Assembly (NCBI GenBank): GCA_964507045.1
Contig: CAZDOO010000001.1
Location: 1-64,000, forward strand
Direction of reading: 5' to 3'
Origin: an uncultured Verrucomicrobiota bacterium
Lineage (GTDB): Bacteria; Verrucomicrobiota; Verrucomicrobiia; Limisphaerales; UBA8199
DNA length: 64,000 nucleotides
Below are positions 44,106-53,060 of the stretch, in pieces. The notes beneath the pieces were generated by a model. It saw only the letters and a program-made list of their open reading frames with translations. It was not told where the DNA came from and ran no database searches. Every line of letters begins with the position of its first letter. The first letter of the stretch is position 1. The position numbers and the translations under genes were made by a program.

Positions 44106-45662
44106 ATGAGCAAGCGCTTTTACATCACGACCGCCATTGACTACGTCAACGGCCACCCGCATCTCGGCCATGCCTATGAGAAGGTGGTCGCCGACGTCAT
44201 CGCCCGCGCACGCCGCAGCCTGGGACAGGAGACGTTCTTTCTGACGGGCCTGGACGAGCACGGGCAGAAAGTCCAGCAGGCGGCACTGGCGGCAGGCAAG
44301 ACCCCGCAGGCCTACTGCGATGAACTGGCGGCGGTGTGGCGGGCGTTCGCCGGCAAGTTGGACTTGACCAACGACGACTTCGTCCGCACCACCCAGGCGC
44401 GGCATAAACAGGTCGTGCAGGCGATCCTCACCAAGCTTCATGCCGAGGGGCACTTTTACAAGGAAGCCTATTCCGGTTTCTATTCGACTCGCCAGGAAAC
44501 CTTCCTGACCCATAAAGACCGTTTGCCGGATGGCACCTTTGACCCGTCCTGGGGGGAGGTCGTGGAACTCAAAGAGGAGAATTACTATTTCAGGCTCAAG
44601 GACCACCAGCAGTGGCTGATTGATCACATCGAGCAGAATCCGTCCTTCATCAGCCCCGCGCCGCGCCGGAACGAAGTGCTCGGCTTCCTTAAGAACAACG
44701 TGCTGGAAGACCTGTGCATCAGCCGGCCCGCCTCGCGCCTCAATTGGGGCATCCCGCTGCCGTTCGATCCCGACTACGTCACCTACGTCTGGTTCGACGC
44801 GCTCTCCAACTACATCACCGTACCCGCCGCCCAGGGCGATCCCGGTGTCCCGGAACCTTTCCGCCCTCAACCCTCAACCCTCAACGCTCAACTCCCCCTG
44901 TGGCCTGCCGACATCCACGTCATCGGCAAGGACATCGTGAAGTTCCACAGCGTCTATTGGCCGATCATGCTTAAGGCGATGGGCGCGCCGTTGCCCAAAC
45001 AGGTGCTCGTCCACGGCTGGTGGCAGAAGGACGGCCAGCGGATGAGCAAGAGCACCGGCAATGTCGTGGACCCGGTCGCGGTCATAGACGAGTGGGGCGT
45101 GGACGCGTTCCGCTTCTACGTGCTGCGGGAATTGGACATCGGCCCCGACGGCAACTGGACGGAGGCTGGGTTCAGGGCGCGCTACTCGGCAGAACTGGCT
45201 AACGGCCTGGGCAACCTGGTGAACCGCTCGCTCTCGATGCTCAAACGCTACCGCAACGGCGTCGTGCCCAAGGCCTCAAACGAACTGGCGCCAGACGCGG
45301 AGAAGGCAATCGCCGAAACCCGCAGCCTGCTGGAGCAGAACCAACTCCAGGGCGCGCTCCAGGCCATTTGGTCGCTGGTTACGCGGGCCAATCAGTATGT
45401 GGACCACACCGCGCCGTTCAAACTGGCCAAGGACCCTTCCCAGGCCGCGCGCCTGGATGAGGTCCTGTATAACCTGACAGAGGTCTGCCGGATTCTCGCG
45501 GTGCTGCTCTGGCCGTTCCTGCCAGGCACGGCGGGGAAGATTTACGCGCAACTCGGCCTGCCCGGCGAGCCGGACAAAGCCTCGGCGGCGCGCTGGGGCG
45601 GACTGCCGGCAGGGCATGCCATCGGGGCTCCCGCCCCGCTGTTCCCGCGAAAGGAGACCTGA
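44106..45662 (+). CDS. metG: methionyl-tRNA synthetase
   Basis: HLGH is the HIGH motif and RMSKSTGN is the KMSKS motif. It contains the in-frame heptamer tract PFRPQPSTLNAQLP. Confidence 0.9.
   Translation: MSKRFYITTAIDYVNGHPHLGHAYEKVVADVIARARRSLGQETFFLTGLDEHGQKVQQAALAAGKTPQAYCDELAAVWRAFAGKLDLTNDDFVRTTQARHKQVVQAILTKLHAEGHFYKEAYSGFYSTRQETFLTHKDRLPDGTFDPSWGEVVELKEENYYFRLKDHQQWLIDHIEQNPSFISPAPRRNEVLGFLKNNVLEDLCISRPASRLNWGIPLPFDPDYVTYVWFDALSNYITVPAAQGDPGVPEPFRPQPSTLNAQLPLWPADIHVIGKDIVKFHSVYWPIMLKAMGAPLPKQVLVHGWWQKDGQRMSKSTGNVVDPVAVIDEWGVDAFRFYVLRELDIGPDGNWTEAGFRARYSAELANGLGNLVNRSLSMLKRYRNGVVPKASNELAPDAEKAIAETRSLLEQNQLQGALQAIWSLVTRANQYVDHTAPFKLAKDPSQAARLDEVLYNLTEVCRILAVLLWPFLPGTAGKIYAQLGLPGEPDKASAARWGGLPAGHAIGAPAPLFPRKET
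44864..44898 (+). repeat. (CCCTCAA)3 plus degenerate units inside metG
   Basis: ccctcaaccctcaaccctcaacgctcaactccccc, encoding PQPSTLNAQLP. Confidence 0.9.
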
Positions 45663-45699
45663 GCTGCCATGAAACGCATTTGCTGCAGCCGATGGTGGA

Positions 45700-45792
45700 G
45701 AACATTCAACAACCAACATCCAACATTCAACATCCAATGGGGGCCATGGGGACTGTTCTTGGATGTTGGGCGTTTGATGTTGGATGTTGGAA
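45700..45792. repeat. intergenic long hairpin element E built from caacatc/gatgttg units
   Basis: aacattcaacaaccaacatccaacattcaacatccaa, then a 21 nt loop, then ttggatgttgggcgtttgatgttggatgttgg. Confidence 0.7.
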
Positions 45793-45818
45793 GTTGCCTA
45801 ACTTCATGGGGAAGGAGG

Positions 45819-47630
45819 ATGTTCGACCGTCTGCGGCTGCCGCTATTGCGAACCACGCTCGGCTGCACGTTTGGGGCTGTGGTGCTTTCCACGTCCCTCT
45901 ATTCCCAGACCCTTGACCTGCCTCCCCGTGCCACCAACGCCCTGAGCGGGACGGAGTTTGCCCGGCGCATCGCGCCGCTGGGCTTGGCCGAGCGCGAGAA
46001 GGAGATCTTTACCCAAATCACTTCCGGCAACGTCCCCAACTTCCTGCGCAGACTGTCTCCCGTGCCGGCCAGGAGTGTCGTTGAGGGCAAGATTGACAGC
46101 GGCACATACTTTGTGACGCCGGATTACCTGGCCATCGGCTCCGACGACGACTATTTCCTGACGCCGATTTCGCCCAATACCGCCCAGCGGATCGCCGACG
46201 CGCTGCACTGCACGCTGCCCACGCCCAAAATGGTGAACCAAATCTTCTTTGCCTCCGAGGTTAAGCTGGTTCCCGCGCCCATACCGCCCAGCGCGGCTAT
46301 GACTACCGTCCCGGTCTTCAGTAACCACAACGACCTTGTCCGCACCCAGCGGGCGGAGCAGTTGAAAGCGCATCCCTTGGGCGCGCTGGTCGCCGGGCAC
46401 CAGAAAGACGTTGTAATCACGGCGAAGCTGGCCTCGAACCCCGGCAAGGTGGCCATCTATGGCTGGCACCAGACCAACGGCCAGCCCATCCAGCCCCTTT
46501 ACCTGAAACACTCGGCATCCTGGGTTGACTACAGCCAATGCACCCGCCTCGTGCAGCAGAAGATGACGGTGAACGGCGCGACCAAAACGGTCGCCGAAGT
46601 CCTGGCCGACCCGGCTCTGGCGGGCTTGCTGAGCGACGAAGGACCCGTGCCTGACCCGCGCTATCCCACCAACGCCTTGCTGTCACTCCAAACCCTGACC
46701 AATACCGCCAGCTTGAACCAGCTCGTCGCAAACCCCACCTTCAACGAGCGCCTCACCGCCTTCACCTTCAACCCGGACGTCAAAGTCCGCGTGAACCTGC
46801 CCGGGGAGTCGTCCTTCGCCGCCGGCAAGAAGGTGTTGCTGATCTTCTACGCGCTGCCCAACGGCAACACCACCGACCAGACTGCCGGCAAAATCATGAA
46901 GCCCGGCGACGACTGGCACTTCAACATCCAGCACATTGCCGCGCAAACGCGCTTCCTGCGCGACCTGCTCAAAGACCGCGCGGTGGTGGTAGTTTACCTC
47001 GAAGCCGCCGGGAAGAGCTGGCCGGCCTGGCGCAAAGCGCACGGGGACAAGCTGATCCCCGAGATCGTGGCCACCGTGAAGAAGCTCTTTCCCGCGCGCG
47101 AAGTGGACACCGTTCTAAGCGGACACAGCGGCGGCGGCAGCTTCATCTTCGGCTACCTCAATGCCGTGGACAAGATTCCCGACGACGTGACGCGCATCGC
47201 CTTCCTGGACAGCAATTATGCTTACGACCGCGCCCTGGGCCATAAGGATAAGCTCGTGAAATGGCTGGAGGCTCCGGGTCAACACAGCCTTTGCGTGCTC
47301 GCCTACAACGATGCCGTGGCGCTGCTCAATGGCACGAACTTCGTCAGCGCCGCGGGCGGCACCTGGGGCAAGAGCCACGCCATGCAGCGCGACCTGGCCG
47401 CAGACCTCAAGTTCACCACGCAGACCAACGCTGACTTCGAGAGATTCACCGCGCTCGATGGGCGCGTGCAATTCATCCTGAAGGAGAATCCGGAGAAGAA
47501 GATCTTTCACACCGTGCAAGTGGAGCGGAACGGCTTCATCCACAGCATGGTTTCGGGCACGACCAACGAGGGGAAGGGCTACGAGTACTTCGGCCCGCGC
47601 GCCTACTCGAACCTGATCCAGGCCGAGTAG
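45819..47630 (+). CDS. large secreted hypothetical protein
   Basis: Signal peptide MFDRLRLPLLRTTLGCTFGAVVLSTSLYS. About 600 aa with no recognised catalytic motif. Confidence 0.55.
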   Translation: MFDRLRLPLLRTTLGCTFGAVVLSTSLYSQTLDLPPRATNALSGTEFARRIAPLGLAEREKEIFTQITSGNVPNFLRRLSPVPARSVVEGKIDSGTYFVTPDYLAIGSDDDYFLTPISPNTAQRIADALHCTLPTPKMVNQIFFASEVKLVPAPIPPSAAMTTVPVFSNHNDLVRTQRAEQLKAHPLGALVAGHQKDVVITAKLASNPGKVAIYGWHQTNGQPIQPLYLKHSASWVDYSQCTRLVQQKMTVNGATKTVAEVLADPALAGLLSDEGPVPDPRYPTNALLSLQTLTNTASLNQLVANPTFNERLTAFTFNPDVKVRVNLPGESSFAAGKKVLLIFYALPNGNTTDQTAGKIMKPGDDWHFNIQHIAAQTRFLRDLLKDRAVVVVYLEAAGKSWPAWRKAHGDKLIPEIVATVKKLFPAREVDTVLSGHSGGGSFIFGYLNAVDKIPDDVTRIAFLDSNYAYDRALGHKDKLVKWLEAPGQHSLCVLAYNDAVALLNGTNFVSAAGGTWGKSHAMQRDLAADLKFTTQTNADFERFTALDGRVQFILKENPEKKIFHTVQVERNGFIHSMVSGTTNEGKGYEYFGPRAYSNLIQAE

Positions 47631-47691
47631 CCGCCGCCTCTCAGGAGGGCGAGCGTCCCCGCAAGCCCTGATCCCTATCCCGGCCAGCCGC

Positions 47692-49104
47692 TCAACGCAA
47701 CCAGCCTTTGGCTACAAAGAAGTAGAGGCAGGTCACCATCCCCATGCCAACGGCGAAGGTCACCTGCGGCAAGGTGAAAGGCCAGGGATTATCCGACAGG
47801 TTCATGCCGAAAAGCCCCCCCACCACCGCCGGGATCAACCCCAGCACACTGACAACGGCCAGCACGCGCATCACGCGGTTCATTTCGAACGAAACGACGT
47901 TCAGATGCAGTTCGATGAGCGAGAGAACGCCTTCCCGCACATTGGTGACCGTCTCGTAGAGGTAATCGGCGGTGTCCGAGAGCTCGCCCAGGAAGGGGAG
48001 CTCGCCCCCGTCGCTGCCGGGAAGTTTGACGCGCGACTCGGCCAGCGCCTTGAGGACCCCGCGCAGCCGCCACAAATCCGACTGGGCGGCGGAAAGCTCC
48101 TTCTTCAAGCGGAACGTGCGCTCGAAGAACTGCTGCCGGCTCTCGCGCACCGGCAGCTCCTCCAGTTTGCCGAGTTCTGCTTCAAACAGGCCGACCAGGG
48201 CCTCGTCGGCTTCCAGCACTGTCTTCAAGAACTGACACGCCGTGCGGACGGGAAAGGGCAGGGCCGCAAACCGGCCTGTCGCCCGGCTGGCAATCTTCTC
48301 CATCAGGTGAACCGGCTGGCGGGCGAAGGTGACGACACTTTTGTCGCTTGCCATCAGCAGCAAGCCGTTCCGTTGAATCTGCTTATCAAACGATCCTTCC
48401 GCCAGCCAAACAAAGAGGGAAAGATAGCGATCCGTGGCTTCAATGTGCGGATAGCTGGTGCCAAGCAAATGGGCGGCGATAAACTCCCGGGGGATGCCCG
48501 ACGCGCTCGCGACCTCGGGCAGGTTGTGCTGGCCTACATTGGCGATGCTGTACCATTCCGTTCCCGGGTGCTTGGCCCACTGGACAAACTCCTCCCACGT
48601 GGCCGCGCGTGGTTTGGCCTCGCCGCTGGCGGGAAGCATGCGGACCAGCATCGGGTCCGGGGCGCGCTGCGCCACCGCCGCGCTTTCCTCCCGGGTTATG
48701 ACCCCGCTGGCGCGCGCCCCGAGCGCCAGCACGCGAGCCAGGCGCACCAGTCGCAACACCGGCGAAGAACGCAGGACCTCCGATGCCCCAGGCAACAGGG
48801 TCGCCAACGGAATCAAAACGGTGGCGGCATCTACCACGCGCCACGGGTTGAGCACGAAGCTCTGCTTTGAACTCGCCCGCGCCAGGCCGACCCCGTACTC
48901 GATAGCGAACAGCGCAATGATGGACCATTGACCCGTCTCCAGCAGCGCCTCGACGTGGGGGGAGGTCTGGAACAGCATCGGGACGAGTGTCAGCGCCGCT
49001 GACACGATGGCCAGAAAGCCGAGAAAGACTTCGCCGAGAACAAAGCGCACGACGGGGTTGAGGCCCCGGAGCGCAGCCGTATTAAGCAGGTTGCTGTTAT
49101 CCAT
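47692..49104 (-). CDS. CorA-like divalent-cation transporter fused to an N-terminal ion-transport (voltage-sensor-like) membrane domain
   Basis: The C-terminus LFGMNLSDNPW plus two TM helices is CorA-like (a GMN motif). The N-terminus has several TM helices including an Arg-rich segment, LRLVRLARVLALGAR. Confidence 0.6.
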   Translation of the reverse strand: MDNSNLLNTAALRGLNPVVRFVLGEVFLGFLAIVSAALTLVPMLFQTSPHVEALLETGQWSIIALFAIEYGVGLARASSKQSFVLNPWRVVDAATVLIPLATLLPGASEVLRSSPVLRLVRLARVLALGARASGVITREESAAVAQRAPDPMLVRMLPASGEAKPRAATWEEFVQWAKHPGTEWYSIANVGQHNLPEVASASGIPREFIAAHLLGTSYPHIEATDRYLSLFVWLAEGSFDKQIQRNGLLLMASDKSVVTFARQPVHLMEKIASRATGRFAALPFPVRTACQFLKTVLEADEALVGLFEAELGKLEELPVRESRQQFFERTFRLKKELSAAQSDLWRLRGVLKALAESRVKLPGSDGGELPFLGELSDTADYLYETVTNVREGVLSLIELHLNVVSFEMNRVMRVLAVVSVLGLIPAVVGGLFGMNLSDNPWPFTLPQVTFAVGMGMVTCLYFFVAKGWLR

Positions 49105-49250
49105 CACATCAGCCGTGGACGATACAGGCTGACAAACCAGCGGTGCAAAGCATAATTGTCTCGCGTGTCGGCTCCGCCCATCTCGACACCATCCCCCCAG
49201 GAGCTCGGCCGGACTCCCCCTCCCCCTGACCCTGGCACCGGCGCATCTCC

Positions 49251-49400
49251 GTAGCCTCACCGTCACCTCACCGTAGTACCTCTGATAGCCTATCAGAGGT
49301 ACTACGGTGAGGATACGGTGAGGTGAGCCAGAAGAGAGGGATATTACCCAGGCCTGAGCATGACCCGCATTCCGGGCCGCCCGGGCCGGCCAATCCAAAG
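49251..49400. repeat. repeat element F: cctcacc-repeat hairpin plus an 80 bp flank; an inverted copy of element C
   Basis: cgtagcctcaccgtcacctcaccgtagtacctctgatag cc tatcagaggtactacggtgaggatacggtgaggtgagcc, followed by sequence about 85% identical to the reverse complement of 32622-32700. Confidence 0.75.
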
Positions 49401-49635
49401 GGAATTCACGGATTCCACGTCTGGGATGGGGGGGAGCGCCCCAAGGCGCGCCCGGGTCGGCTAAACCCCGAATTCGGCTCTTGCGCTGGTCAAAGACTTC
49501 GGAGTATTCTGAACCAGCATTTTGGCGTTGGCGCTGGTGTCGGCAGTGTGCGGTGAGGCACCAGAGTTCACGGCGGAAGCACAGCGTGAAATGGCTGACA
49601 GTATCTGCGGCGTAAAGGCCTGCAGATGGAGGACT

Positions 49636-49710
<75 letters not shown>

Positions 49711-50022
49711 ACTTAAATTCCACCTCGGTAAATCAAGGGTTTTATTACTTTCAGCCCCTGAAACAACGAACCAGCCGGCTAAGGGTCGACAGACAAAGCC
49801 CTGCTCGACATTCTCGAGTGGCCAGCCCGGCTCGAAGTCTGGGACCCCGAGCCCCCGGCCGCAGCGCGCTGAGCTACGCGCACTGCAATCGTGGCTGCGT
49901 CTCGATTGCCCTGCCGCAGCGTTTCGAGCTTCGTATGCGTTTAGACCGCTTGGCGCAGGATTGGCCTTTGACACAGTTCAGTTCCTCCACTGACTTCTGA
50001 CAACCGTTTTGGGCACAAAAAA

Positions 50023-50046
50023 ATGAGAAGACTGGAGTCTTCTCAT
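50023..50046 (-). terminator. intrinsic terminator for minus-strand transcription
   Basis: The perfect palindrome atgagaagactggagtcttctcat is preceded on the plus strand by a 7 nt A-run, which is a U-tract on the minus strand. Confidence 0.5.
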
Positions 50047-50228
50047 TGTCTGCGCCTGCCTGGATTTCGTCTTGTTGGTCAACTCATGACCAACTCAATT
50101 CGTGAACGGGAAGTTTTTGCACCAAGCCCGCGATTGGCGAGGATTCGGCTACTGGCTTAAGCTGGGGACATCCCACAAGATTCGGGGGCCTCAACGATTC
50201 AGAGGCAGGAATGGTCGGTACAAGGCGC

Positions 50229-50348
50229 TCAATGCGCTGAGGGTCTGCGCGACAGGTTGAACAGTAGGGCGCAGAGGACCAGGAAGAGGAAGACGATCGA
50301 GTGTAAGCTGCCAGGCCCGGTGCCGCAGACCGGGTAATCGGCAGCCAT
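50229..50348 (-). pseudogene. collapsed 3' fragment of the O-antigen-ligase-like gene at 51414..53060
   Basis: Encodes MAADYPVCGTGPGSLHSIVFLFLVLCALLFNLSRRPSAH*. This matches the MAADYPVFGTGPG region and the C-terminal 25 aa of the full gene, with an internal deletion. The flanking DNA is also duplicated. Confidence 0.5.
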
Positions 50349-50623
50349 GGGGCGCGAAATGATAGGGCATCCACTGGGCAGGGCTGAGGACGGCGCCTGG
50401 CAGGTCAGGCAAATCCGCGCGCTGGCCAGTTACGGCTGCGGTCAGTTGCAGAGGAGTCCGCCGGATGGAATACAATGAAATAGCCGCGAAAAGGCGCAAG
50501 AAGCTCAAAAGCTGCGCTTTTATGCGCTTCTTGCGTCTCTTCGCGGCCATTTTGCTTCCCCATTCTGTAGCCTATGCCGCGGCTTCCTCAGGAAAGCTCC
50601 GGATTAAACTTTGCCGGCTCCAC

Positions 50624-50944
50624 TCAGCCAAACAGTCGCAAGTCCTCCTGCCAACTTGTAGCGCCGTGCAGCACGCGGTAGATATGCACGCCGCCCGGCT
50701 TGATCTGGTAGAATACGAGGTAGTTTTGAAAAGGGCGAGGCAGAGGGCGAAAACGGATGCCGCGATGACGCCGGGCGGACAGTCGGGCGATGGGTGAGGC
50801 TTCAGGCCAGTCGGCAATTAACTCAAACGCTTCGAACGCACGATCCAGAAACAGCTCCGCCGCATCCGGATTATTGCGCCGGATGTAATGCGCACCGCAC
50901 ACGAGGTCGTCGTCGGCTGCGCGATGCAGGAGATAACCCGTCAT
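50624..50944 (-). CDS. parE: ParE/RelE family type II toxin
   Basis: 106 aa. An N-terminal alpha-helical region carries the RelE/ParE-like HRAADDDL and YIRRNNPDAA motifs. A C-terminal beta region carries the conserved Arg/His. It overlaps the upstream antitoxin gene by 4 nt. Confidence 0.65.
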   Translation of the reverse strand: MTGYLLHRAADDDLVCGAHYIRRNNPDAAELFLDRAFEAFELIADWPEASPIARLSARRHRGIRFRPLPRPFQNYLVFYQIKPGGVHIYRVLHGATSWQEDLRLFG

Positions 50945-51195
50945 GCTCGTGCTCGCTGGTAAATGGCACGCTTCCGGCTGGTGGTAACCGTCCCAGCCGG
51001 GCTCCGCATGCCGTCATCCAGCAGGCGCTCCAGTTCCTGCCGCGTGGCGAAGCTGGCACCGCGCGGACCCGAACGCGCCTCAACCAGTTCCGCAACTCGA
51101 ATGCAATGGCGAATGTATTCGGAGGCGTTGGCAAACTCGCCGCTTTGAACGCGCGAACGGATGGTGGGCTCGTAGTTCAACAAAGATACATTCAT
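50941..51195 (-). CDS. parD: ParD-like antitoxin (CC2985-type)
   Basis: 84 aa. SGEFANASEYIRHCIRVAELVE resembles the SGRYxSASEVIRxALRLLE core of CC2985-family antitoxins. It is the upstream partner of parE. Confidence 0.55.
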   Translation of the reverse strand: MNVSLLNYEPTIRSRVQSGEFANASEYIRHCIRVAELVEARSGPRGASFATRQELERLLDDGMRSPAGTVTTSRKRAIYQRARA

Positions 51196-51413
51196 AAGGG
51201 CAAGATCACGGCAGAGTCATACTTTGTCAAAGCTTGTTATCAGCGAAGATGCGGCTTACGCTCAAAACGGCCAACGGCGGTAGCAAAGCCAGCAGACGGC
51301 GAACTTCGCATCCTCCACGCAGATGCAGCCACAAACCCCGCGCCCGAGCACTGGATTCAACAGGAATTGGGGGCCTCAACGATCCAGAGACAAGAAGGGT
51401 TGGTGCGAGGCGC

Positions 51414-53060
51414 TCAATGCGCTGAGGGTCTGCGCGACAGGTTGAACAGAATGGCGCACAGGACCAGGAAGAGGAAGACGATCGAGTGTATCTGGAACGG
51501 GAAATCAAAACGCGCATGGACCAGGCAGCCTGCGAGAGCTAGCCACATCAGCGCAATAAAGCGCCGGCCGCTGTGGATGCCGCCAGCCACAAACCAACGC
51601 AGCACGACAGTCGCAAGGGCCAGGGCAATCAACACGCTGCCGACCCAGCCGAAAGTGATGCGAGTTTCCAGCCAGTCGTTGTGCAGTTGCACATACCAGT
51701 TGGCCCGAGTGGAGACCCGGTAGAGTTGGGAGACGGTCTCGAAGGTGCCGGGTCCGGTGCCGAAGACCGGGTAATCGGCAGCCATGGGGCGGGCGCGGTC
51801 ATAATCCCGCTCCCGGCCCTGAAAGCCTGAGTAGATAGTGGCCATTCGCGGTTTGAGTGCCTTCCATCCCAACGCGGCGCCCAGACCCAGCGCGCCGACG
51901 AAGAAGATCGCCAACAGGGCCAATGTGATCAGCCGGCTGCTTCTTTCTTCCCGGGAAGTGTCCAGGAGAAAGTGAGTGGTGGCGAGAAACAGAGTAGCCA
52001 GTGCAAGAATCGCGACGGTGATAATCGCGCCGCCGCGGCTGGTGGAAATGATGGGGCAAGCGGCCATGATGGCGCAGCACACGAGCACCCAGTGGTGGCG
52101 GTGTCGCTTCAACCCGCTCGACCGATGGAGCAGCCACCAGAAGCCGAGGCACGCCGGCCAGAGCAGATTAAAGTATTGGGACGCATTGGCGTAGTAGGCG
52201 TAAGGGCCAAACTGCGTGGCGGCCGTATGGTGGATGGCCGGTCTGACCAGGAACAACAACTTGCCCGATCCCTCGATCCGTTGAATGATGCCCTCCAAGC
52301 CCAGCAAGCCACCGTTGATCGCCAGCACCCAGAGCAGGCGGCGCAGCCGAGCAGGGAAGAATTCCGCGTCGGGCTTGCCACCGGGGCCGTTTGCCCGGCG
52401 CTCCGGCCGTTCTTCGGCAGCGGACTTCCCCAGCAGCCAATCGCGGATGGCCCAGAACGAACACGCCAGTCCGAGACAGGTCCACAGGGCGAACCAAGTG
52501 CGGTTGCTGTCGAAGCTGTGGGGCAGCCAACGGATATACCGGTCGCGGTATGCGAAACTGAGCGTATTCGGATCGTAGGTGGCACGGGCATTCAAAGCGC
52601 TGACCAGGCAGTAGGCCAGAATCGCAACCGTCAGCACCGCGAGCGTTGCCGTGAGCCGGGAAGGGGTGAGCCGTGAACGGCCACGGACCACAGACCCCGA
52701 ACTGCTGACAGCGGCCGGGGGCACTGCGGATGGCTCTCGGATGTCCCATTCGTCCCAGCGAGGCGGGCGATAATGCTTCAGCCGGCGGATAGCCAACTTG
52801 AGGGCCAGCATCGCCCCTAAGAGGTAACCGGCACTGTTCATAACCCAGACGGACCACGGCTGGGTTGTGCCAAAGGCCCAGGGGCTGAAGAGCACCATCA
52901 GGTAGATCAACAGTTCCGTCAGAACCTCACAGACCAGATAGATCTGGACGTCACGGGCGCGCAGAGAGGCGCTTTTGCGCATCGGGGCTGGGCCGTTCGC
53001 CGCTTTGCTCAGACCCTGTGTGCCCGGAACCGGCACCGGAGATTGTTCACGGAGTTCCAT
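51414..53060 (-). CDS. O-antigen ligase (Wzy_C) family membrane protein, exosortase-system associated
   Basis: More than 10 TM helices. RDYDRARPMAADYPVFGTGPGTFE is the Wzy_C periplasmic loop signature. It is adjacent to the exosortase gene. Start uncertain (MELREQ at 53060 or MRKSAS at 52982). Confidence 0.7.
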   Translation of the reverse strand: MELREQSPVPVPGTQGLSKAANGPAPMRKSASLRARDVQIYLVCEVLTELLIYLMVLFSPWAFGTTQPWSVWVMNSAGYLLGAMLALKLAIRRLKHYRPPRWDEWDIREPSAVPPAAVSSSGSVVRGRSRLTPSRLTATLAVLTVAILAYCLVSALNARATYDPNTLSFAYRDRYIRWLPHSFDSNRTWFALWTCLGLACSFWAIRDWLLGKSAAEERPERRANGPGGKPDAEFFPARLRRLLWVLAINGGLLGLEGIIQRIEGSGKLLFLVRPAIHHTAATQFGPYAYYANASQYFNLLWPACLGFWWLLHRSSGLKRHRHHWVLVCCAIMAACPIISTSRGGAIITVAILALATLFLATTHFLLDTSREERSSRLITLALLAIFFVGALGLGAALGWKALKPRMATIYSGFQGRERDYDRARPMAADYPVFGTGPGTFETVSQLYRVSTRANWYVQLHNDWLETRITFGWVGSVLIALALATVVLRWFVAGGIHSGRRFIALMWLALAGCLVHARFDFPFQIHSIVFLFLVLCAILFNLSRRPSAH

